From assembly GCA_039809265.1 (NCBI GenBank), contig JBDHUR010000001.1, forward strand, positions 5,914 through 69,913: a DNA stretch of 64,000 nt. The letters run 5' to 3'. Position 1 is the stretch's first letter, and every line of letters begins with the position of its first letter. Source of the stretch: Minisyncoccia bacterium. Lineage in GTDB: Bacteria > Patescibacteriota > Minisyncoccia > Phycocordibacterales > UBA9973. The notes beneath the pieces are model-generated. The model did no database searches. It had not been told where the DNA came from and saw nothing but the letters and a program-made list of their open reading frames with translations. Positions 9,479 through 19,248 of this stretch are shown piece by piece. A program made the position numbers and the translations under genes.

Positions 9479-11239
9479 TTAAAACTCTATAAATATCGGC
9501 TTTTTAGGTCCAGATGGGCCAGGTGGCCATGGAGTATCATCTCCAATAACTTTAACATATACCCTGTCTGTAAGATATCCACCAGAAGTTGTGCCAGATG
9601 TACCTGTAGGACAGTCTATTTGAAATATTGTGTTACCTGTTATGGCGAAAGGTCCTTCTGTGCCGCTCGGATTTCTTGTACCAGACCAAGTGTTATTGGA
9701 AGAATAAACAGTACACATGCTAAATATGTCTGTGGTATTCCATTGTAAATCAACACTTCCTCCACCCAGTGGGAGCTGGATAGCTGTTGTGAATGTATGA
9801 GCACCCACAAAACTACTTGTTCCGGTTTTCTTCCCTTCTAAGTTTAATGCTGGATGTAAATCTTGCGACGCGCGTATTGCAATAACTGTATTTGAAAATA
9901 CATCTATATGGTTATCAGGATCAACACATTTCATCTGATAAGTCGTTGTGCTTGAAACGGACCCAGCGAGTAAATAGAAACTCTTTGGTGTAGAATAGGT
10001 TGTTGTAGGATTTGGTTGAAGAAAAGCACCGTTATCCCAATCTTGTGTTGTTCCAGTACCAGAAACAGCTTCACAACCAACAAGACCGTTTGCTCCGGTA
10101 ATATTTGATTTCCATGCTAATTTTGCATATGTAGAATTATAAGGATATGTTTGAGAAACAGTACCTCCTGATCCACAACTAGGAGAAAGTAGTCCCGTTG
10201 AATCTGTTATACAAAGCTCAAGTGTCTTATCTGTTTGTGGCCAAGAAACAAAAGTATCTGCATGCATAGTGTTGCCATCAGCATCAAAACAATCTACACG
10301 GAAATGGGTGTCTTGATACGGAACAAAGACTGAGCCGACAGTGCGAGTTATGTTTGCTCCGGAAAGAGTAAGCAGGTTTCCCGTCCAGTTTGGTACTGCT
10401 TGTGAAGCACCTGTAATATTGTCTACAGCCATTCCTCCAGCACACGAAGTATAGTTCACTCCCGGGTCAGTAGAATACGTAAGCGACGTATAGTGGCTTG
10501 TACTTGCACCAGTGTTATTCAGATAAAGTGTAAGCGGTACATCTTGTGGATCTTCTGGCTCAGGATCGCCTTCGTACTTCACACCAGACATGTCTATCCA
10601 TCCAGGACCAACGTATTTATCTATACCAAGAGCTGACTCACCCACAGTTCCCACGACATCTGCACTCCAAGCATATCCAGAAAATGGATAGTTAGTAGAG
10701 CCAGCTGGAGATGGAGTAGTGGACATTACCACATTTCTGCTTGTGCCATCAAAGGAAACCCAGCCATCCCAGCCGCCAGAGTTTGTGCCTGTGGCACCAG
10801 CACAGCCTGTCGGAGTTACAGCAGGAGCACAGAACCTTGCCCAGCCTATTATCCTTTGGTTTCCGGGGTTGCCGACTATGCGAGCATTTATTGCTGTAGC
10901 TGTCGGGTCCGTAGTTGGGAAGCCGGATAGTCCGCCAAACTTCAGCCAGCCCACATTGTCCGTACCAGCCACAGAGTCCCGAGGGTTTGCCCAAGCGTAG
11001 CCGTGCAGGAAACCATTACTGTCCACAGTAACTTTGTAGTTTGATCCGGTGCAACCGCTAGCGGTTTTGCAGTTGAAGCTGATAGTGCCAAAGTTCGCCG
11101 AGTACGCACTGCCAGAGAGTTCTGGTATAGCAGCCACAGTTATCTGCGCGTCTGCCACCTTTGTGTATCTTGAAAGACCGATGCCAGAGACAGCAAGCGC
11201 GAGAAGTGCAAATATGATGTATCCTTTCTTGATCTTCAT
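9479..11239 (-). CDS. Large secreted protein of unknown function (Thr/Gly/Ser-rich, likely beta-rich surface protein)
   Basis: 586 aa; signal peptide 'MKIKKGYIIFALLALAVSGIGL'; no enzymatic motif. Confidence 0.6.
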   Translation of the reverse strand: MKIKKGYIIFALLALAVSGIGLSRYTKVADAQITVAAIPELSGSAYSANFGTISFNCKTASGCTGSNYKVTVDSNGFLHGYAWANPRDSVAGTDNVGWLKFGGLSGFPTTDPTATAINARIVGNPGNQRIIGWARFCAPAVTPTGCAGATGTNSGGWDGWVSFDGTSRNVVMSTTPSPAGSTNYPFSGYAWSADVVGTVGESALGIDKYVGPGWIDMSGVKYEGDPEPEDPQDVPLTLYLNNTGASTSHYTSLTYSTDPGVNYTSCAGGMAVDNITGASQAVPNWTGNLLTLSGANITRTVGSVFVPYQDTHFRVDCFDADGNTMHADTFVSWPQTDKTLELCITDSTGLLSPSCGSGGTVSQTYPYNSTYAKLAWKSNITGANGLVGCEAVSGTGTTQDWDNGAFLQPNPTTTYSTPKSFYLLAGSVSSTTTYQMKCVDPDNHIDVFSNTVIAIRASQDLHPALNLEGKKTGTSSFVGAHTFTTAIQLPLGGGSVDLQWNTTDIFSMCTVYSSNNTWSGTRNPSGTEGPFAITGNTIFQIDCPTGTSGTTSGGYLTDRVYVKVIGDDTPWPPGPSGPKKPIFIEF

Positions 11240-11240
11240 T

Positions 11241-11564
11241 TTAACGAGAATTTAACTTATTAAAAATGTCGGTCTTTTGCTCGTCTGTAAGATTGTTGCC
11301 AGACCATTGCTCTTCTTGTGAATGTTGTATCACGGCTTGCTGGTCTGCCTCTGAGTATTCTGGCGCTGGATACATAGCTTCTGCCTGCTCTATGACTTGC
11401 TGCTTTTGCTCGTCTGTAAGTTCTTGGCCGGAGTTTACACCGCGAGAAACTTTCTGATGTTCATATCTGTACCAAAAAACGCCAAGCAAGACCACAAGCA
11501 CCAGCACAAAAAGTGAAATGGCTAGGTTACGTGAAGCATGCGGATGTGAAGGAATAGGTTCCAT
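11241..11564 (-). CDS. Small single-TM protein with repeated 'LTDEQK' motif
   Basis: Start at MEPIPSHP; one hydrophobic helix; Gln/Glu-rich tail with internal repeats. Confidence 0.45.
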   Translation of the reverse strand: MEPIPSHPHASRNLAISLFVLVLVVLLGVFWYRYEHQKVSRGVNSGQELTDEQKQQVIEQAEAMYPAPEYSEADQQAVIQHSQEEQWSGNNLTDEQKTDIFNKLNSR

Positions 11565-11747
11565 ACAAATATATAGTATCATTTCTTTTGGGCAGAGGAA
11601 GAAAAACATTGTGGATAAATGCGCGAGAAAAAGTTTTTGACTTTTCTGCGTTTTTTTGATAGCATAGTGAACATCAAGTCGGTCGCGAACCCGACTTTTT
11701 TTAATAAAATTTAATACTGCCTGCCTACGCAGGAAACAATAAAATAT

Positions 11748-13043
11748 ATGTTAGACCTAAAAACAATGAAATCTGCTCTTGAACAGCTTGAAGAAGAGCG
11801 AAAAATACCAAAAGAAAAGATCATAGAAGCCATAGAACAAGCACTTGCTGCTGCCTACAAGAAAGACTACGGTAAAAAAGGCCAGATAATCCGCGCAAAA
11901 TTTGATACAGATACAGGAAAAACAGACTTCTACCAAGTAAAGATAGTGGTAGACGACACTACTGCACGCATACCTAAAGACGGCGAAAGCGAGGAAGAAA
12001 TGCCAGAGGAGGTAGAGGGAGACGACCGTGTACGCTTCAATCCAGAGCACCATATACTGCTGGAAGATGCGAAGATAATGAAAAAGGACGCCGAAGTAGA
12101 AGACGAAATGATATTCCCTCTTGAAGGCAAAGACGATTACGGCCGCATTGCTGCCCAGACGGCAAAGCAAGTTATCATACAGCGTATCCGCGAAGCAGAA
12201 CGCGGCGCAGTGATAGACGAATACGGCACAAAGGAGGGCGAGATAATAAACGGTATAGTATCAAAAGTAGAGAGAGGCAATATATATGTAGACTTCAACC
12301 GAGCTTCAGGCGTAATACCTTTTGAAGAGCAAATCCCGGGCGAACACTACCGTCGAGGCGACAGAATAAAGGCTTATCTCTACGCAGTAGAGGAATCTCC
12401 TCGTGGAGTAAACTTGCGCCTGTCCCGCAGCCACCCGAAACTTATAGAAAAACTTTTTGCAATGGAAGCACCAGAAATAGCCAGCGGCGTGGTAGAGATA
12501 AGGTCCATAGCTCGCGAAGCTGGTTCCAGAAGCAAAATAGCAGTTGCCACCAACGACGAACACATAGACCCAGTCGGCGCATGTGTGGGACAAAAAGGTG
12601 TCAGAGTAACAACAGTTATGAATGAGTTAAACGGAGAAAAGATAGACATCATACCTTGGTCTGAAGACCCGATGACATTTGTAGCCAACTCTCTGTCCCC
12701 AGCAAAAGCTCTTGATATAGAGATAAACGAAGACGAACGCAAAGCATCTATAGAAGTGGCAGACGACCAGCTTTCCCTAGCTATCGGCAAAGGCGGACAA
12801 AATGTACGACTTGCAGCAAAGCTAACTGGCTGGAGAATAGACATCAAAGGCATAAAGGGAGAAGAAATGGATAGCGATGAAGACATAGCAGACGATGACG
12901 AAGGATTTGTAAAGCTCTCTGACCTGAAAGAAGATGCGGGAGAAAACGTCGCGGACGAAGATAACACGGAAACAGAAGCTATCGCGGACGAGATGATGGC
13001 AAGCGAGCCAGAAGTAGAAGTAACAGAGGAAAAAGAAGAATAA
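11748..13043 (+). CDS. nusA: Transcription termination/antitermination factor NusA
   Basis: 431 aa; N-terminal domain, S1, two KH motifs (GxxG: 'GQKGVRV', 'IGKGGQNVRLA'), acidic C-terminal tail. Confidence 0.85.
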   Translation: MLDLKTMKSALEQLEEERKIPKEKIIEAIEQALAAAYKKDYGKKGQIIRAKFDTDTGKTDFYQVKIVVDDTTARIPKDGESEEEMPEEVEGDDRVRFNPEHHILLEDAKIMKKDAEVEDEMIFPLEGKDDYGRIAAQTAKQVIIQRIREAERGAVIDEYGTKEGEIINGIVSKVERGNIYVDFNRASGVIPFEEQIPGEHYRRGDRIKAYLYAVEESPRGVNLRLSRSHPKLIEKLFAMEAPEIASGVVEIRSIAREAGSRSKIAVATNDEHIDPVGACVGQKGVRVTTVMNELNGEKIDIIPWSEDPMTFVANSLSPAKALDIEINEDERKASIEVADDQLSLAIGKGGQNVRLAAKLTGWRIDIKGIKGEEMDSDEDIADDDEGFVKLSDLKEDAGENVADEDNTETEAIADEMMASEPEVEVTEEKEE

Positions 13044-13052
13044 CAGAGCAGA

Positions 13053-13086
13053 AAAAAACGCCGCTTTTCAGCGGCGTTTTTTTCTG
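13053..13086 (+). terminator. Rho-independent terminator after nusA
   Basis: aaaaaacgccgc-tttt-cagcggcgttttttt. Confidence 0.6.
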
Positions 13087-13099
13087 CTACCATGAAACC

Positions 13100-13687
13100 A
13101 TGGCAAACATAAATCATAAACCTTCAAAGTACATGCTAAACCTTCTGCATGTACTTCCGTCTTTTGCAGATGAAACAAATGCTATTGCGAACACGATAAT
13201 AGAAGTATCTGCCGGCTCAATAAACAAATACGAGCTCATAACAGAGAGCGGGCAACTAAAGCTGGACAGAGTTGGCTACTCTTCTCTTGCCTATCCGTTC
13301 ACATACGGAGCTATACCTCAGACTTGGGACCTAGATGGAGACCCTCTGGATGTAGAGATAGTAAACATCACCGAACCATTGGTTCCAGGGTCTGTGGCAG
13401 AAATACGTATTATAGGTGCAATGAAGTTCGTAGATGGAGGCGAAGTGGACGACAAAATTATTGCTGTTTTGGCTAGCGACAAACGCTCTGACCATATAAA
13501 AGAGTACACAGACCTTGGCGAATACTTCTTAAAGGAAACGAAATACTATTGGGAGAACTACAAAGCCCTGAAAAAGCCTGGCACAGGCGCAGTCGGAGAA
13601 TTCCTCGGCAAAGATGAAGCTGTGAAGATAGTAAAAGAATGCACGGAACGCTACCAGAGTGAATATGCACCAAAGCTAGCGGAATAA
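13100..13687 (+). CDS. ppa: Inorganic pyrophosphatase (family I)
   Basis: 'IIEVSAGSINKYE', 'DGDPLDV' family I PPase motifs; true start may be the ATG at ~13133. Confidence 0.85.
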   Translation: MANINHKPSKYMLNLLHVLPSFADETNAIANTIIEVSAGSINKYELITESGQLKLDRVGYSSLAYPFTYGAIPQTWDLDGDPLDVEIVNITEPLVPGSVAEIRIIGAMKFVDGGEVDDKIIAVLASDKRSDHIKEYTDLGEYFLKETKYYWENYKALKKPGTGAVGEFLGKDEAVKIVKECTERYQSEYAPKLAE

Positions 13688-13783
13688 AAGATGTGGAACT
13701 TGTCAAATGTACCGCCGTCACGGCGGTATTTTGATATGCGTTATATATGATGTGCTTAGATTATAAACTTAATCCAAAATTTT

Positions 13784-14419
13784 ATGAAAAAATATCTTAT
13801 TGTTGTCCTGTGTGCCTTAGCTCTTTCGCCGATAGCTACGTCTGCACATTACAATACAACAGGCGAAAAAAATAAAAATGGGGAAAGCAGATTAAACATT
13901 GGTTTATTTGTAAAGAAAGATGACGACACAAAGAAAGACGACAAGCGTAAAAACAAAGGTGAAGTAAAGACAAACGTAAATGTGAACATGGGCAAGAGGT
14001 TCTTTAATAATTTTAACAACAGTGGCAAGTTTATGGACTGGAAAATCAGATTTGATGCACATAAAAAGTTCGGCATGGCGCTTGAGAACTTTGACAACAT
14101 CATCGCTCGCATAGACACTCGTGTGGCAAAGATGAAGACAGATGGCAAGAACACTGCTACTGCAGACACATTCATAGCAACAGCAAAGACAAACCTTGCT
14201 GACGCGAAAAACTTCCAAGCTCAGATAAAGGCTATAGTAGACGCTCACCCAGCCAACACAGATGTAACAGATGCCGAGAAAACACAGATCAAAGATTTGG
14301 CAACAAAGGAAAAGACTTCCCTAAAAGCAGTTTGGGAAAACTTGGTAAATGCTATGAAAGAGCTGCACAAGATAGATATGGCAGCAAAAACTAGCGCAAC
14401 TACAACAACCACAAATTAG
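13784..14419 (+). CDS. Secreted Lys-rich protein of unknown function
   Basis: 211 aa; signal peptide 'MKKYLIVVLCALALSPIATSA'. Confidence 0.5.
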   Translation: MKKYLIVVLCALALSPIATSAHYNTTGEKNKNGESRLNIGLFVKKDDDTKKDDKRKNKGEVKTNVNVNMGKRFFNNFNNSGKFMDWKIRFDAHKKFGMALENFDNIIARIDTRVAKMKTDGKNTATADTFIATAKTNLADAKNFQAQIKAIVDAHPANTDVTDAEKTQIKDLATKEKTSLKAVWENLVNAMKELHKIDMAAKTSATTTTTN

Positions 14420-14457
14420 TAGTATAATGTACGCATTATAAGTTAGCTGTAAATCAA

Positions 14458-14772
14458 ATGGAAAATGAAGTAAACAATTCTGCAGATGTTTCAAGGCAAG
14501 GTTCTGGTTCTGTTATTGGCTTGGTTATACTTATCATCATATTGGCTTTCGGCGGTGTATACCTGTACAACCGCTCCAAGAACGCTCCTGTGAACGACAC
14601 AACTGTACAAGAAGATATGGTAAACGATGGCACTATGCCGACAGGAGACACAGGTACGAGTGTGGATGCGTCTATGTCTTCCGAGCAGAACATGCAAAGC
14701 TCTGATGACCTGAACAGCATAGACCAAGACTTGAATTCTACAGATGTAAACTCTTTGGATGCAGGACTTTAA
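14458..14772 (+). CDS. Small single-pass membrane protein with acidic/Ser-rich extracellular tail
   Basis: 104 aa; one TM 'VIGLVILIIILAFGGVYLY'. Confidence 0.45.
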   Translation: MENEVNNSADVSRQGSGSVIGLVILIIILAFGGVYLYNRSKNAPVNDTTVQEDMVNDGTMPTGDTGTSVDASMSSEQNMQSSDDLNSIDQDLNSTDVNSLDAGL

Positions 14773-14796
14773 AATGCGTTAGTTAGGAAAAATACA

Positions 14797-14836
14797 CAGC
14801 CCCGCGCGGCTCTGCCGCGCGGGGCTGTGTTGCTGT
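14797..14836. terminator. GC-rich hairpin terminator
   Basis: acacagccccgcgcggc-tctg-ccgcgcggggctgtgt. Confidence 0.6.
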
Positions 14837-14884
14837 CTTTACGATTTTGGATTTTTCGGCATTTTCTGCTAAAGTACTTTTACT

Positions 14885-15925
14885 ATGAAAATAGACATAA
14901 AGAAACTAGAAAAAAGCCAGGTAGAAATAACTGGAGAGATTGGGGCAGAAAAATTCGCTTTGTACCGCCCACAAGCTGTAGAGATAATAGGCAAAGACAT
15001 AGAAGTAGACGGCTTCCGCAAAGGCAAAGCTCCAGCGGAAATCATAGAAAAGAAAATACTCCCTTCTGCAATACTAGAGGAAATGGCCGAGCTTGCCATT
15101 AGCGAAGCATATCCAAAGATATTGAAAGAGAACAAGATAGACGCCATCGGCAGACCGGAAGTACTCATAACAAAGCTTGCTCTGGACAACCCTTTGGGCT
15201 TCAAGATAGTAACCGCTGTCATGCCGGAAGTTAAACTTGGCGACTACAAAAATGCTTGGAAAAAAGTAAAACAAGAAAATGCTGAGCCGGCTACCGACAA
15301 AGAAGTAGAAGATGCGATACTTGAAGTCCGCCATATGCGCGCACACAACGAACTTCATAAAAATGATAAACCGGGCGAGCACACTCCGCACGACCCAATA
15401 AAAGACGAAGACTTGCCAGAGCTGACAGACGAATATGTACAAAGCTTTGGCCCATTTAAAACGGTAGACGAATTTCGGGCAAAGATGAAAGAAAATCTTA
15501 CTTTAGAAAAAGCCGACAGAGCAAAAAGCAAATCTCGCGCAGAACTTGTAGAGGAACTTTTGAAAGATGCCGAGCTTGATGTACCGCAAGTCATCATTGA
15601 CTCTGAGATAGATAAAACTATATTCAAAGTGAAAACTGATGTAGAACAAGCTGGCATAAAATACGAGGACTACCTAAAACAAATAAACAAAAAGGATGAG
15701 GAAATCCGCACAGAAATCGCTCCTGATGCTGAAAAACGAGCAAAGCTAGAAATAGTTTTGCAAGCTATTGCAGAAAAGGAAAACCTAAAGCCAGATGAGA
15801 AAGCAGTAGAAGAGCAAGTCTCACATCTGCTAGAACACTACAAAGGCGCAGACCCAATTCGTACCAAAGTTTACATAGAGACGATAATGAAAAACGAGCT
15901 GGTCTTCAACTTCTTGGAGAAGTAA
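14885..15925 (+). CDS. tig: Trigger factor, short form lacking the FKBP/PPIase domain
   Basis: 346 aa; N-terminal ribosome-binding signature 'VDGFRKGKAP'; upstream of clpP as in tig-clpP operons; too short for a PPIase domain. Confidence 0.75.
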   Translation: MKIDIKKLEKSQVEITGEIGAEKFALYRPQAVEIIGKDIEVDGFRKGKAPAEIIEKKILPSAILEEMAELAISEAYPKILKENKIDAIGRPEVLITKLALDNPLGFKIVTAVMPEVKLGDYKNAWKKVKQENAEPATDKEVEDAILEVRHMRAHNELHKNDKPGEHTPHDPIKDEDLPELTDEYVQSFGPFKTVDEFRAKMKENLTLEKADRAKSKSRAELVEELLKDAELDVPQVIIDSEIDKTIFKVKTDVEQAGIKYEDYLKQINKKDEEIRTEIAPDAEKRAKLEIVLQAIAEKENLKPDEKAVEEQVSHLLEHYKGADPIRTKVYIETIMKNELVFNFLEK

Positions 15926-16000
15926 AACGGCAAACAAAAAACAGCCAGACAACATCTGGCTGTTTTTAAATTCAAACCAACTGAAATACACTTAAAAAAT

Positions 16001-16399
16001 TCAATAATAATTCCCTCCGCCTGTTGTGTTGCGTTTTTCTTCTACGACAACATTGTTGCTTATGTTATTACCACCGGATTTCCAGTAAACATCGTCCACA
16101 TAGTTACCATTGTTGTGGTACCTGTTTCGTGTTGGTCTTCTTGGTGCCTGTACACATCTTTGCTGTTCGCATGGACGTCTTACTGTGCGATAGCACCCAT
16201 TGCTAAAATACGTATAAGTAGTGTAACAAGCTGGAGCTGGTGTGTAGTACACTACTGGCTGTGGCAGTGGTGCGCAATATGTTACCGGAGTAACAACACC
16301 AAACGAAACTCCCGCGGAAAAGGAAACTTGTCCTTTTGTCTGTCTTGTAGAAACCACAATCCCTGTGATTAACGCGAAAATAATAACCAATTTCTTCAT
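16001..16399 (-). CDS. Small secreted Cys/Tyr/Pro-rich protein
   Basis: 132 aa; signal peptide 'MKKLVIIFALITGIVVS'. Confidence 0.45.
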   Translation of the reverse strand: MKKLVIIFALITGIVVSTRQTKGQVSFSAGVSFGVVTPVTYCAPLPQPVVYYTPAPACYTTYTYFSNGCYRTVRRPCEQQRCVQAPRRPTRNRYHNNGNYVDDVYWKSGGNNISNNVVVEEKRNTTGGGNYY

Positions 16400-16530
16400 T
16401 TTTATTGTGTTTTAATTTTTAACCATTATATCAGCTTGCACAATAAAAGTCAAGCACTAACAACACCATATTTTCCATGCTATACTATAGATCCAAACCT
16501 TTATAAACCTTATCAAATATACAAATTTTT

Positions 16531-17115
16531 ATGCTAATACCCACAGTTATAGAAAAATCACAATTCGGCGAAAGAGCTTATGACATATACTCTCGCCTTT
16601 TGAACGAACGCATAGTATTCCTAGGTGGGCCGATAGATGACAACATGGCAAACATAATCATAGCCCAGCTATTACACCTAGAACACGAAGACCCGAAGAA
16701 AGACATCATGCTTTACATAAACTCTCCAGGTGGATCTGTTACTTCGGCTATGGCAATATATGACACCATGCAACACATAAAGCCCGATATTCAGACTATA
16801 TGCGTAGGAATAGCAGCATCAGCAGCGGCAGTACTTCTCTCTTCCGGCACAAAAGGCAAACGTTTTGCTCTGCCAAATGCTGAGGTCATGATCCACCAAG
16901 TTATGGGCGGAGCAGAAGGACAAGCTTCAGATATTGAAATAGTCGCAAAGCATATATTAAAGACAAAAGAAAAACTGAACAAACTGCTTGCAAAAAATAC
17001 CGGCAAAACTTCCGAACAAGTAGAAAAAGATTCCGATAGAGACTATTACATGAGCTCTGATGAAGCTAAAAAATACGGACTAATAGATGAAATCCTGAAT
17101 AACAAGAAAAAATAG
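16531..17115 (+). CDS. clpP: ATP-dependent Clp protease proteolytic subunit
   Basis: 194 aa; '[18 protein letters not shown]', catalytic Ser/His/Asp context. Confidence 0.9.
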   Translation: MLIPTVIEKSQFGERAYDIYSRLLNERIVFLGGPIDDNMANIIIAQLLHLEHEDPKKDIMLYINSPGGSVTSAMAIYDTMQHIKPDIQTICVGIAASAAAVLLSSGTKGKRFALPNAEVMIHQVMGGAEGQASDIEIVAKHILKTKEKLNKLLAKNTGKTSEQVEKDSDRDYYMSSDEAKKYGLIDEILNNKKK

Positions 17116-17120
17116 TAAAT

Positions 17121-17148
17121 AAAAAAACCGGAGAATACTCCGGTTTTT
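17121..17148. terminator. Bidirectional terminator between clpP(+) and small membrane gene(-)
   Basis: aaaaaaaccggagaatactccggttttt. Confidence 0.6.
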
Positions 17149-17161
17149 AAAAGCATAAATC

Positions 17162-17401
17162 TTAATGCCCCCTACCTTTTCCGTTTCCTTTCAACATTAT
17201 CTTAAAACCCAGCCACACAAGGAAGATAGTTATGATAAGGTTACGAATCTGAATACAAAGATCTATAAATCTATTCCAACCATCACGCAGGCTGTCTGGA
17301 TTAAAAGTAGCCCACAAAAAAAAGAATAATACAGTAACAACAGCCAGTGTTCCTACAAACCATTTATGGTTGTGCATAAATAATTGAAAGAAATTCCTCA
17401 T
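17162..17401 (-). CDS. Small two-TM membrane protein
   Basis: 79 aa, two hydrophobic helices. Confidence 0.4.
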   Translation of the reverse strand: MRNFFQLFMHNHKWFVGTLAVVTVLFFFLWATFNPDSLRDGWNRFIDLCIQIRNLIITIFLVWLGFKIMLKGNGKGRGH

Positions 17402-17654
17402 ATATTTTATTGTTTAAGTTTCTGTTCACATGATAGCATATTTTATATATATTGTCAAGCATTCCATTATAGAAGTTTCTCTGTTATTATAAAGTTGTCA
17501 GATTTTATTATTTTAGTTTGGTTTGACCGAAAGATTCACCCGACACATAGACTTCTGTATGACTTCCCTTCCCATCAAAATCTTGTTTACACTATTCTCC
17601 AGAGAAATGTCTTCATAAAGACGGTATTTTCTTTCGTTCAAACCGCAAAGTTTT

Positions 17655-19181
17655 ATGAATTTATTATTACTTTTGTGCATAGCCGGAGCTCTCGCCGTAG
17701 GTGTGGGTGTCGGGTACTATATGCGCATCATCATCTCGCAAGGCAAGCGCGGTTCAATGGAGCTTGAAATAAAGCAGATGATGATAGGCGCCAAAGAAGA
17801 AGCTCAGAGAATCTTGGATGAATCCAAGAAAAAGTCCGACGAGCGTGTAGAAGAGCTGAAAGAAGAGGAAAAGAAAAAAGAGCAAGAATATAAAAAGACC
17901 GAGGAACGCCTCATAAAAAAAGAGGAGCTTTTGGATGCTCGCCAAGTAGAAATAGACAAGGAAGTGGAAAATATAAAGCTGAAAGTAGAGGAAGTAAAAA
18001 AAGCCCGCGACAAAGTCGGCGCGATGGAAGAAGAAAAAATGAAAGAGCTTGAAAAAGTCTCAAGACTTTCTGAAGCAGATGCTCGCGCTCTTTTGAACGC
18101 AAGCATTGAGAACAAATATGAAGAAGATTTGCTGGTGCGCATCCAAAAGCTGGAGAACTCCGGCAAGGAAAAGCTGGAGAACCGCGCAAAGGAAATCCTT
18201 GCCACATCCATACAACGCCTAGCATCTTCTACTGCCAGCGATATGATGTCTACAAGTGTTACCATCCCTTCAGACGATATCAAAGGAAAAATTATCGGAA
18301 AAGAAGGACGCAATATTCGCGCTTTTGAAAAATCGGCCGGTGTGGAGCTTATCGTAGACGACACTCCAGGAACTATCATCATTTCATCTTTTGATCCTGT
18401 ACGCAGACAGATAGCACGGGTAGCGCTGGAAAACTTGATACTAGATGGTCGTATACAGCCAGCAAAGATAGAAGAGATAGTGGAAAAAGCAAAGGATGAC
18501 ATAAACAAAATTATAAAAGAAAAAGGCGAGCAGGCGGTATATGAAGCAGGTATCTTCAACTTTGATCCGAGACTTATTGCCATCTTGGGCAGACTATACT
18601 TCCGCACAAGCTACGGACAAAACGTCTTGCAACACTCCCTGGAAATGGCACATATTGCTGGCATGATAGCTGAAGAGCTTGGGGCAGATGTGTACGTGGC
18701 CAAGGCCGGCGCACTGGTACACGACATAGGCAAAGCGCTAGACCATGAAGTGCAAGGTACGCACATAGACATAGGCATACGCATCTTGCAAAAGTTTGGC
18801 GCAGATGAACGCGTGATCACAGCTATGAAGTCCCACCATGACGACTGTCCGCATGAAACGATAGAAGCTGTGATTGTGCAAACAGCGGACTACATATCTG
18901 GAGGCCGCCCTGGAGCAAGGAGCGACAGCGTAGAAAACTATTTGAAACGACTGCAAGACCTTGAAGCGCTCGTAAATAACTTTGATGGTGTAGAGAAATC
19001 TTATGCATTGTCAGCAGGAAGAGAAATACGCATCTTTGTTACCCCAGACAAAGTGTCCGACATTGAGGCCAAGAACATGGCAAGAGATATAGCACAAAAG
19101 ATAGAACAGGAGTTGAAATATCCGGGGGAAATAAAAGTAACTATGATCCGCGAAACCAGGATAATAGACTACGCAAGATAA
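17655..19181 (+). CDS. rny: Ribonuclease Y
   Basis: 508 aa; N-terminal TM, coiled-coil, KH domain 'GKIIGKEGRNIR', HD domain 'HSLEMAHIAG...VHDIGK'. Confidence 0.85.
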   Translation: MNLLLLLCIAGALAVGVGVGYYMRIIISQGKRGSMELEIKQMMIGAKEEAQRILDESKKKSDERVEELKEEEKKKEQEYKKTEERLIKKEELLDARQVEIDKEVENIKLKVEEVKKARDKVGAMEEEKMKELEKVSRLSEADARALLNASIENKYEEDLLVRIQKLENSGKEKLENRAKEILATSIQRLASSTASDMMSTSVTIPSDDIKGKIIGKEGRNIRAFEKSAGVELIVDDTPGTIIISSFDPVRRQIARVALENLILDGRIQPAKIEEIVEKAKDDINKIIKEKGEQAVYEAGIFNFDPRLIAILGRLYFRTSYGQNVLQHSLEMAHIAGMIAEELGADVYVAKAGALVHDIGKALDHEVQGTHIDIGIRILQKFGADERVITAMKSHHDDCPHETIEAVIVQTADYISGGRPGARSDSVENYLKRLQDLEALVNNFDGVEKSYALSAGREIRIFVTPDKVSDIEAKNMARDIAQKIEQELKYPGEIKVTMIRETRIIDYAR

Positions 19182-19190
19182 GACAAAACC

Positions 19191-19233
19191 TAAAAAGAAG
19201 CGCAGATGTGTGAAACACATCTGCGCTTCTTTT
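19191..19233. terminator. Bidirectional terminator between rny(+) and SIMPL gene(-)
   Basis: aaaaagaagcgcagatgtgtgaaacacatctgcgcttcttttt. Confidence 0.65.
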
Positions 19234-19248
19234 TAATTGAATATTTTT

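Noticed and set aside
17804-18607. 267-aa minus-strand ORF inside rny
   Set aside because: It is Ser/Phe-rich and sits antisense to a highly conserved RNase Y coding region. It has no independent support.
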